From the NCBI GenBank assembly GCA_041740355.1, contig JBGSMD010000033.1:1-14287 (forward strand): a DNA stretch of 14,287 bases, read 5' to 3'. Source of the stretch: Bdellovibrionota bacterium (lineage in GTDB: Bacteria > Bdellovibrionota_C > UBA2361 > CALJRW01). Shown piece after piece: positions 7,830 through 14,287 of this stretch (position 1 is the first letter of the stretch; the number at the start of each line of letters is the position of its first letter). Under the pieces are notes generated by a model. It ran no database searches and was not told the origin of the DNA. It saw nothing but the letters and a program-made list of their open reading frames with translations. The position numbers and the translations under genes are program-made.

Positions 7830-8815
7830 AGATACTGCAAGTTTTGTTTGTTTTAACACTTATACCTCAAATATTAATTGCTGATGAAGGGTTAAGTTCC
7901 AACAACAAGCTTTTAAGTCTTATGGAAGAGAGCGAAGAGGCTATAAAACAAAAAGATAAAGTGACTCACTTAGATCTTTTACCTCAGACTTTAGATAAAA
8001 AAGATACCTATCAGGAAATGGTTAGTCTTTTAGATGAGGTTGAGCAGTTAAAGTCAAAAGTTGTTGCTACTAAACAAAACAGTTTAGCAACTTCTAAGAT
8101 GAAGAGCCAAAAGAAGGAAGGAACTATTACTTATTATAATTACTCAAAAGGAACTATTTACGAGCTGTACGCAGGCGTCGATCGGGTAAGTGATATTGTT
8201 TTACAAGCTGGGGAGAAGTTAACTAACAATCCAATCTCAGGAGATACCGTTAGGTGGAAAGTAGTTAGTACTGAAAGTGGCATGGGGGGAGACCAAGTGA
8301 CTCATATTCTTGTTAAGCCTCTTGAAGAGAAAATTGAAACAAATTTTATAATTACAACAAATCGGAGAACCTATCACATAAAAGCAATCGCAACTGATTG
8401 GTATATGCCTCAAATATCTTGGAATTATCCAGATGATGAGTTTGAGAATATTAAGCAGGAATCAATAAAAAGAAAGGAACATGAAAGTAATCAGGAAGAA
8501 GTTCAGTTTAGTGCGGAAGATTTAGACTTTAATTATGAGACTGACGGAGATGAGTTTTTTACTCCAATTCGTATTTTTAATGATGGAGCTAAAACTTATA
8601 TCCAGATGCCAAAAAATGTTGAGAATCGGGAAGCTCCAGCACTTTTTATAATTGAGGCGGAGAGTGTTCTTCTTACCAATTACCGAGTTAAGGGTAATTA
8701 CTATATTTATGATGGAATCTTTAACACAGCACAGCTTCGAATCGGACAAAAGCAAATTGTAAATATTTATAAAGATGGTTTTGGTCCATCATTATTTAAG
8801 AAGATATTTGGATGA
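7826..8815 (+). CDS. trbG: P-type conjugative transfer protein TrbG (VirB9 family)
   Basis: Signal peptide; SDIVLQAGEKL, GDTVRW, HILVKP...TNFIITTNRRTYH, YMPQISWNYP, LDFNY...P.RIFNDGAKTYIQMP...EAPALF...NYRV. ATGA overlap with trbF. Confidence 0.95.
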   Translation: MKILQVLFVLTLIPQILIADEGLSSNNKLLSLMEESEEAIKQKDKVTHLDLLPQTLDKKDTYQEMVSLLDEVEQLKSKVVATKQNSLATSKMKSQKKEGTITYYNYSKGTIYELYAGVDRVSDIVLQAGEKLTNNPISGDTVRWKVVSTESGMGGDQVTHILVKPLEEKIETNFIITTNRRTYHIKAIATDWYMPQISWNYPDDEFENIKQESIKRKEHESNQEEVQFSAEDLDFNYETDGDEFFTPIRIFNDGAKTYIQMPKNVENREAPALFIIEAESVLLTNYRVKGNYYIYDGIFNTAQLRIGQKQIVNIYKDGFGPSLFKKIFG

Positions 8816-9951
8816 GTGAAAAAAATCTAAAGCTTCGTACTCAAGTACCAAATATAGTTGGGATTCATAAGAGAAATGTAATGGCGTTACTAGGATTAGT
8901 GCTACTTATATTATTAACTATAATTGTCTTTGCTACAGGAAAAGTTAAGCCTAAGACTAATAACTCAAAATCTTTATCTGGAGTGGTTAAACCTGGAGAA
9001 TTAATCAGTTCTCTTCCTGAAAATTATCAATCTCTTACAGATGATAAGCCTAAGAGCTTTAGTAATAAAGAAATTTATCATGATAAGGGACAACGTGGGG
9101 AGGATTTAGAAGCAAAGCTTTTAGAGCAGGAAAGGCTTAGACGAATAAAAAGAGCAATTGAAGCTAGGGAATCAGAGTTAAGTTTTAAGGGAGATAAGAA
9201 AGTTAGTGAAGAGATAAGTTATAGGGGGAGTGATCCTCAAAACTTAACTAATGCTAATCACTTTGGACTCACACAAAGTGAACGTGATACTGATAATCGG
9301 CAAGACGATAAGTATGAATTTTTAAATCGTCCGCGTGAAAGTAAAACTGAGCTTTTAGAGAAGATTAAGGAATCTAAGACTCCATATGAGCTAAAAGCAG
9401 GAAGTCTTATTTCAGGATTACTTCTTACTGGAATTAGTAGCGATCTTCCTGGGCAGATCCTTGGACAAGTAAGTAGAAATATTTATGACTCAGTAAGTGG
9501 TAAATATCTTTTAATTCCAAAAGGAGCACGTGTTCTTGGGGAGTATGATAGCAGGGTAAGCTTTGGACAAGAACGAGTTCTAGTTGCGTGGACAAGACTA
9601 CTATTTCCAAATGGTGACTCAATTAACTTAGGCTCAATGGCTGGTGCTGATTTGCAGGGGCTTTCAGGACTAAAAGATCGAGTTGATAATCATTACGATA
9701 AGTTAATTACTGGAGTTATTTTTGGTTCAGTTTTTGGAGCTGGGGCTCAAATGGCAAGGGGGGAAAATAGAACAGTAGATCCAAGCTTTACGCAGTTAGC
9801 ACTTGAAGGATCGGCACAAAATATTAACCAAGCTGGGCAAACAATCACTAGAAAAAATTTAAATATCCAGCCAACTCTAGAAATTGGGGCAGGGGAGAGG
9901 TTTAATATCTTTGTAAATAAGGATGTAGTTTTACGCCCATATAAGGAATAA
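8812..9951 (+). CDS. trbI: Conjugal transfer protein TrbI (VirB10 family)
   Basis: N-terminal TM; PYELKAGSLI...LLTGISSDLPG...GQVSRNIYDSVSG..LLIPKG.R..G.YDS.V.FGQ.RVLVAW.RL.FPNG, D.VDNH, LNIQPTL, FVNKD.VLRPY. ATGA overlap with trbG. Confidence 0.96.
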   Translation: MSEKNLKLRTQVPNIVGIHKRNVMALLGLVLLILLTIIVFATGKVKPKTNNSKSLSGVVKPGELISSLPENYQSLTDDKPKSFSNKEIYHDKGQRGEDLEAKLLEQERLRRIKRAIEARESELSFKGDKKVSEEISYRGSDPQNLTNANHFGLTQSERDTDNRQDDKYEFLNRPRESKTELLEKIKESKTPYELKAGSLISGLLLTGISSDLPGQILGQVSRNIYDSVSGKYLLIPKGARVLGEYDSRVSFGQERVLVAWTRLLFPNGDSINLGSMAGADLQGLSGLKDRVDNHYDKLITGVIFGSVFGAGAQMARGENRTVDPSFTQLALEGSAQNINQAGQTITRKNLNIQPTLEIGAGERFNIFVNKDVVLRPYKE

Positions 9952-9956
9952 GAGAA

Positions 9957-10304
9957 ATGTTAAAAGTCATAATTACTTCTCTGGTAATACTTACTTTAGG
10001 TTGCAGTACTAAAAACTCTCAACACTTACAGGGCTATAATTTTAATTATAAAATTGATAAGCCTGAAAATAACGATCTAATTCAGATCTTTGATGATGGA
10101 GAAAAAACTTATCTTCATATCTTTGAGTTAAGTAATAAGAAAGAGCCAAGCGTTACTGCATTAAAAATTGGAGAAGATAGCCCTAAAAGAAAATATTACA
10201 AGATAGTTAATAGTTATATTGTCCTTGATGGACTCTTTAAGGAGGTGGACGTTAATTCAAATGGGAAAGTTACCAAGATAAGCCAAGATGAAAATCAGAA
10301 GTAA
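9957..10304 (+). CDS. Lipoprotein consisting of a stand-alone VirB9/TrbG C-terminal-like domain
   Basis: Lipobox LTLG|C at residue 16. YNFNY...QIFDDGEKTYL...YIVLDGLF aligns by eye with LDFNY...RIFNDGAKTYI...YYIYDGIF of TrbG in this window. Confidence 0.75.
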   Translation: MLKVIITSLVILTLGCSTKNSQHLQGYNFNYKIDKPENNDLIQIFDDGEKTYLHIFELSNKKEPSVTALKIGEDSPKRKYYKIVNSYIVLDGLFKEVDVNSNGKVTKISQDENQK

Positions 10305-10827
10305 GCGGGCACTAAGTCTGCTATTCGCTAGTTTACTGGTAATTGGGATTAGCATTACTGCAAATCAGATTTTAGGAAAATTATTTTATATTAATCTTTC
10401 AGCAAGTATGCCACGAGGGATATATAGAATTTCAAGTGGGGAAATTAAGAAAGGGGATACTGTAATTTTTAGCGTACCTCAGGGGTATCAAGAACTAGAC
10501 TTTCTTAAGAATCGTAAAAACCTAATTAAAGAAGTTTATGGGGTAGCGGGGGATAGGTATTGTATTACTGAGAAGGGTATAAGCTTAAATAATAAATTTA
10601 TTGCCTCTAGACTTAAAGGCTTCAAAAAAAAGATTGGTTGTTTTCAAGTTGCACCAGATCATATTTTACCATTAGCACTTTATAAGCCTGACTCTTTTGA
10701 TGGGCGGTATTTTGGGGAGGTGAAAGCGATAAAAGTTAGGAAGTTTAAGATTATCGATAATCTTCAGAACAACTTTGTAGTTACTAACAAAAGCGATGAT
10801 TTTCATCTAAAGTTGAAACGTATTTAG
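10288..10827 (+). CDS. traF: Conjugative transfer signal peptidase TraF (S26 family, pilin maturation/cyclisation)
   Basis: N-terminal TM, INLSASMPRGIY (catalytic Ser region), LIKEVYGVAGD (catalytic Lys region), DSFDGRYFG. Overlaps the upstream gene by 17 nt. Confidence 0.9.
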   Translation: MKIRSKRALSLLFASLLVIGISITANQILGKLFYINLSASMPRGIYRISSGEIKKGDTVIFSVPQGYQELDFLKNRKNLIKEVYGVAGDRYCITEKGISLNNKFIASRLKGFKKKIGCFQVAPDHILPLALYKPDSFDGRYFGEVKAIKVRKFKIIDNLQNNFVVTNKSDDFHLKLKRI

Positions 10828-10844
10828 GTGTCGTCATTGCCTAG

Positions 10845-13280
10845 TTATACTGGTGTCGTAGCTACTGGAGGAACTGGATTTCTAATTGCATCAATAATAA
10901 ATAGGTACCTGTCTATGTGTTGTAATAATTCAGTTAATATAGAAGATGCTTCTTTGTCCGCGTGAAGAAAATTTGCATAATTACAATATTTATAGACCTT
11001 CTCTATTATATCTAGATCTGTGTCTGTCAAACGTTTTATTTTACTATTTGCATCTTTCAATCCAGTAGTGAGATTTGAAAAATTATCATCTTTATTCCAT
11101 AGTAATAAATCATTTTTGATAAAACGCTCAACTGATAAACGCAATAGGTGACCATAAGTTATGGTTGCTTCTTCTACGCTCAATGTTCCCCCAGCCGCTT
11201 TTGTAACTAATGACTGATGACAACCTTTCAATGTCGCATGTAAATCAAAATTTGAATCAACGTATATCAATGAACCTTTAAAAGCGGTAGTGTTTTTTAG
11301 GATTCCAAATTTACTGGGATTAGGACGTTCTTTTTTTACAAGATATTTATAAAATAAGGGATGGTGTGTAAAAACAAAAACTTGAGAATAGATATTTACT
11401 TGTTCAAAAATTGCATCAGAAAGAATTTTTAAATTTGATGCGTCTAAACTTGTAATCGGGTCGTCAAATATTAATATTTTTCCCCCTTTGTCAGCGGTAT
11501 TTTCATTTATGGCAAAAAAGAATGCTAATGAAATTAATTGTCTTTCCCCCTCGGATAATCCAGTTTTAATATTTCTCTCTCTTCCTTTTAAATCAAGTAC
11601 TTTAAAGGAAAATGGAACCTCTAAAGTTGAGCCTGTGACACGATTTGGTTCTAAGGTGAATGAAAGATTAAACCTGTTTAAAAATACCATCATCTTCGAC
11701 AAAATCAACGTCGGAGCTTGTGTAAGAATATATGTTTTTAAATCCTCTTTTGCAGTATTATTGGCTAATTTTAATACTTCCTTTTCATCTTTAAGCTTAT
11801 TCCATTCTTTAATTAGAGAATGATAATTTTTGTCGAAATAATCTTTAAGGTCTGAAGATTTAATGAGTTCTGATTCTTTTTGTTGAATTTCTTGGTCGAT
11901 AGTTGCAACGTCTGAATACCTTGCCTTAAAAGCAATGATCTTGTCTGTGTATTTTTTTAATGATTCAGTTGCGATAACTACTACAATTTTAATATCGTTT
12001 AAATGAGTAGAAATTTCCCTGTAGTCCTTATTAAAATCATAAGCGTTATTGTCTACAGTTTTTAAATTTCCTAGTGCAACTAATAAATTGTCAATGGCTT
12101 TTGAGCAATTTATAATAGTGCTCAATTTCTCTTCTATGGGGTAGCGTTCTCTAAACGCCTCTAAAGTATCTACTTCTGTTGAATTTTCGTCTAAATTCTT
12201 ACCAACATTGTAGTTAGTCCAAAATTCAGATAATACGTTGAAAGAATGATTTATCCTGCTTGGAAGTAAAGAAACAGCTTCTTTTAAGTCAGTTAAGCTA
12301 GATTTTATCAATTCAATCTCTGAAATATATTTGGCTTTCTGTTCTTTGTAGGTTTGATTGAAAAATGCTGAATATGAATTTATTATTTCCTCTTGAGATT
12401 TTAAAGATTGCAAACAAAAGGGACACTCCTCTTTATTTTCTGAGGATTCAATAACTTGAAGACCTTTTTCAATAAATTGCTTATGTCTTGAGATATGTTT
12501 TATTAAATTTTCGCTTGCAATTTTTGATGAGTTATCTTCAATTTTACGAGTAAATATTTCCTGGATTTCTGAAATGGGAACTAGCTCTTTTGTAAGTGTT
12601 ACTTCAACAGGAAGAGTGAATGAAGCAACATTTGATGTTTGATTTTTTCTTACCTTAAGTTGTTCAATATCATCCGAAGAATTTTTATGTTTGCTAATAT
12701 TAGCATCCTTTAATTCAACTAATTCTGCTTCTGACTTTTCGTTATGAGTAACATATATTTCTAGGTCTTTAGGTAAAAAGGTTTGATTTAATTTTATAGT
12801 ATTTGTATCTTCAAAGTCCTTTAACGCCTTTGCCGTATCTATTTCAGATTGCTTTTTCCTGTTTGCTTCTGCATCAAGATCTATTAATAATTTGCCTGAA
12901 TTTTGGCTATGTTTATTTCTTTCATTACTCCTTTCCCCATTTGTATGTACGTTTTCGTCAATAAAAGTTTGGTCGAAAAATAAAATAGAATTTTGCGGCA
13001 ATGAGTTGTCCCAAGCATTTGCAGTATAGTTATATAAGTTATTATCAACTTTTAATTGAATTGAATTTGGCTTGTCACAATTATTACTGAAAGGTCTATT
13101 ATCAGAGAGGTCTTTTAGAATTTCACATATTGAACTCTTACCACTTCCATTCTCACCAAATAGTACATTATATGGACAAAAAGATTTTTCAACACCAGCT
13201 TGATCAATGCAGAATTCTGACCAATTAAAATCAACAAAGGACTTGTACTCTTTAATATGATTTATTTTCTTGATTTTCAT
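10845..13280 (-). CDS. rloC: RloC-like Rad50/SMC-type ABC ATPase (AAA_13) with zinc hook and C-terminal HEPN-type anticodon-nuclease domain
   Basis: Walker A FGENGSGKSS; Q-loop region FFDQTFIDENV; long coiled coil with central CPFC zinc hook; signature LSEGERQLISLAFF; Walker B/D-loop ILIFDDPITSLD; H-loop VFTHH. C-terminal LRLSVERF (Rx3E) plus NFLH matches the PrrC/RloC Arg-Glu-His triad arrangement. Confidence 0.8.
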   Translation of the reverse strand: MKIKKINHIKEYKSFVDFNWSEFCIDQAGVEKSFCPYNVLFGENGSGKSSICEILKDLSDNRPFSNNCDKPNSIQLKVDNNLYNYTANAWDNSLPQNSILFFDQTFIDENVHTNGERSNERNKHSQNSGKLLIDLDAEANRKKQSEIDTAKALKDFEDTNTIKLNQTFLPKDLEIYVTHNEKSEAELVELKDANISKHKNSSDDIEQLKVRKNQTSNVASFTLPVEVTLTKELVPISEIQEIFTRKIEDNSSKIASENLIKHISRHKQFIEKGLQVIESSENKEECPFCLQSLKSQEEIINSYSAFFNQTYKEQKAKYISEIELIKSSLTDLKEAVSLLPSRINHSFNVLSEFWTNYNVGKNLDENSTEVDTLEAFRERYPIEEKLSTIINCSKAIDNLLVALGNLKTVDNNAYDFNKDYREISTHLNDIKIVVVIATESLKKYTDKIIAFKARYSDVATIDQEIQQKESELIKSSDLKDYFDKNYHSLIKEWNKLKDEKEVLKLANNTAKEDLKTYILTQAPTLILSKMMVFLNRFNLSFTLEPNRVTGSTLEVPFSFKVLDLKGRERNIKTGLSEGERQLISLAFFFAINENTADKGGKILIFDDPITSLDASNLKILSDAIFEQVNIYSQVFVFTHHPLFYKYLVKKERPNPSKFGILKNTTAFKGSLIYVDSNFDLHATLKGCHQSLVTKAAGGTLSVEEATITYGHLLRLSVERFIKNDLLLWNKDDNFSNLTTGLKDANSKIKRLTDTDLDIIEKVYKYCNYANFLHADKEASSILTELLQHIDRYLFIIDAIRNPVPPVATTPV

Positions 13281-13313
13281 TTCTTAATTGTCTTCGGAAT
13301 CTTTTTTATAATA

Positions 13314-13346
13314 AGGTTTATCCAAAGATTGGATTTTATAAAACCT
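13314..13346. repeat. Nested inverted repeat upstream of the rloC-like gene
   Basis: AGGTTT-ATCCAA-aga-TTGGAT-tttata-AAACCT: perfect 6-bp inner arms and 6-bp outer arms. Confidence 0.4.
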
Positions 13347-13357
13347 CTACAACCGAA

Positions 13358-13429
13358 CACTTTTTAGAGTTGGATTGTTTTACTGATAAGCCAGTAGAAA
13401 TAGTCAAAATCTCAACTGCTAAAGGCGTG
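13358..13429 (+). other. Long imperfect hairpin (about 72 nt) in the divergent intergenic region
   Basis: CAC-TTTTTAGAGTTG-GATTGTTTTACTG-ataagc-CAGTAGAAATAGTC-aaaatct-CAACTGCTAAAGG-c-GTG. The arms pair along their length with single-base bulges and several G-T pairs. Confidence 0.5.
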
Positions 13430-13522
13430 ATGATCTGAATTAATTAGTAAGATATGGGGAAAATCTAAGAAAAGCAATATAGAATAGCTAGCATAAGCAG
13501 TAATAAAATTATTAGTAAAATA

Positions 13523-13552
13523 TAAGCAACTTCCCAACTGTTCTCACGATTA
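13523..13552 (+). promoter_or_regulatory. Conserved bipartite motif copy 3 (putative alternative-sigma promoter) upstream of the 114-aa ORF
   Basis: TAAGCAACT-tcccaactgttctca(15)-CGATTA, ending 29 nt before GTG 13582. Confidence 0.75.
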
Positions 13553-13581
13553 GGTAACAAATATTTTTTTGTGAAAGAAGC

Positions 13582-13926
13582 GTGAAGGAAAAGAAATTAG
13601 CACCAATATTTGAATACGATCCCCCTGATAACTTTTTGTGTACTCCAGAAGAGCTCTTATTAATTGCCGTTATTAAGAATGCAATCGCAGATTATCTTTT
13701 TATCTATGAAAATATCTATTTTACTGATTCCGAGTTAAGAGAAGGTAACAGGGCAAATAAATGGCTTTTTGAAGAGCGAGAAGATGACAAAGAGTGGCCA
13801 TGGACGTTTAACTGGATCTGTTGCCAGTTAGAAGAGCTAAATCATGTAACAAATATTAAAAGTATAATTTTAAGTCATGTTGCAATGAGAAGAGATGAAA
13901 TCATTGAACATCAATTAGCAGCTTAA
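13582..13926 (+). CDS. Uncharacterised small acidic helical protein
   Basis: GTG start, 114 aa, preceded by motif copy 3. The pattern PEExLLxAVIxxAIxDY...A.KWLF...WPWTF.WIC..L looks like a conserved hypothetical family. Confidence 0.75.
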   Translation: MKEKKLAPIFEYDPPDNFLCTPEELLLIAVIKNAIADYLFIYENIYFTDSELREGNRANKWLFEEREDDKEWPWTFNWICCQLEELNHVTNIKSIILSHVAMRRDEIIEHQLAA

Positions 13927-13940
13927 ATCTCGTTTACGTT

Positions 13941-14287
13941 ATGTTTATGAAAGAAATACTAATTTATTTAACAAGCTTTGTATTATTTATCAGTGCTGTA
14001 AATGCTGAGCCTCAATTTGTAAGAAGTAGTTTGCTTGGGAATTCTAGTAAAATTACTTTAACAGCAACTAATCCAACTGCTATTTTCTGGGAACTCTCTA
14101 AGGGCAATCAAAGTATTCCACTAAGAATTACAGTAAACGGAGGTAAAGAATTTAACCTAGAAGCTAAAGCACAAAGATTTTCAGGTAATACTAAGAAAGC
14201 ATTAATTAAAAAGACTGGATGGTACAAACTAAAACTTAAAAATCAGAATGAACATGTAAATCAATTAGGAAACTGTGGTGAAATTAA
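13941..14287 (+). CDS. Secreted hypothetical protein, 5' part (runs off the window end)
   Basis: Open from ATG 13941 (or 13947) to the end: MFMKEILIYLTSFVLFISAVNA|EPQFVRSSLLGNSSKITLTATNPTAIFWELSKGNQSIPLRITVNGGKEFNLEAKAQ... It has a Sec-type signal peptide ending VNA and starts 14 nt after the previous stop. Not in the ORF track. Confidence 0.75.
   Translation, partial: MFMKEILIYLTSFVLFISAVNAEPQFVRSSLLGNSSKITLTATNPTAIFWELSKGNQSIPLRITVNGGKEFNLEAKAQRFSGNTKKALIKKTGWYKLKLKNQNEHVNQLGNCGEI

Larger units (their letters stand above)
1..14287. mobile_element. Internal part of a conjugative element (ICE or plasmid) with a P-type Trb T4SS and defence cargo; boundaries lie outside the window
   Basis: Run of trbD/E/J/L/F/G/I and traF homologues plus accessory genes. 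No integrase, relaxase, coupling protein, rep gene or att site is visible, so ICE versus plasmid cannot be decided. Confidence 0.85.

Noticed and set aside
8084-8113. TTAGCAACT inside trbG as a fourth promoter copy
   Set aside because: No CGATTA 15 nt downstream (reads CAAAAG), and it is intragenic.
8522-9622. Minus-strand ORFs 8522-8755 and 9434-9622
   Set aside because: Shadows of conserved trbG and trbI regions.
10827-10859. Direct repeat GGTGTCGT (10827-10834, 10852-10859) as a target-site duplication
   Set aside because: Both copies are on the same side of the rloC-like gene, 25 bp apart, and I saw no matching copy at the other end.
11488-11823. 111-aa plus-strand ORF
   Set aside because: Antisense to the rloC-like ATPase signature region.
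12252-12259. TATCCTGC matching the MOBP nic consensus YATCCTG/Y
   Set aside because: Inside the rloC-like CDS with no adjacent inverted repeat noticed; a degenerate 8-mer is expected by chance in 14 kb.
13361-13410. TTTTAGAG...TAGAAATAG resemblance to a Cas9 repeat/sgRNA scaffold
   Set aside because: Short AT-rich matches only; no repeat-spacer array or cas gene in the window.
13358-13429. Hairpin as an integron attC site, making the cargo genes cassettes
   Set aside because: Box order is GTT...AAC rather than RYYYAAC...GTTRRRY. It lies upstream of the cargo gene, and the 3' gaps of two cargo genes (17 and 23 bp) are too short for attC sites.
14063-14090. AGCAACT-aatccaactg resembling motif copies 2 and 3
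   Set aside because: The second box is absent (TTCTGG at the expected position), and it lies inside a coding frame.

Overview
AT-rich segment of a conjugative element (ICE or plasmid). It carries a P-type (Trb/VirB) type IV secretion cluster in the Tn4371/rhizobial-ICE-like order trbD(3' end)-trbE-trbJ-trbL-trbF-trbG-trbI, followed by a lipoprotein made of a stand-alone VirB9/TrbG C-terminal domain and the pilin-processing peptidase traF. Three single cargo genes on the opposite strand interrupt or flank the cluster: an Abi_C/HEPN abortive-infection protein (trbE|trbJ), an exported trypsin-like serine protease at the position where trbK normally sits (trbJ|trbL), and an RloC-like Rad50/SMC-type ATPase-anticodon nuclease after traF. 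The strongest unannotated signal is a bipartite motif, TWAGCAACT-N15-CGATTA. It occurs at identical spacing directly upstream of each + strand unit that restarts after a cargo gene (trbJ, trbL and the uncharacterised ORF at 13582), and looks like an alternative-sigma (ECF-like) promoter defining a transfer regulon. At least the Abi_C gene has its own back-to-back sigma70-type promoter. All family assignments come from motifs read by eye; no database searches were run.
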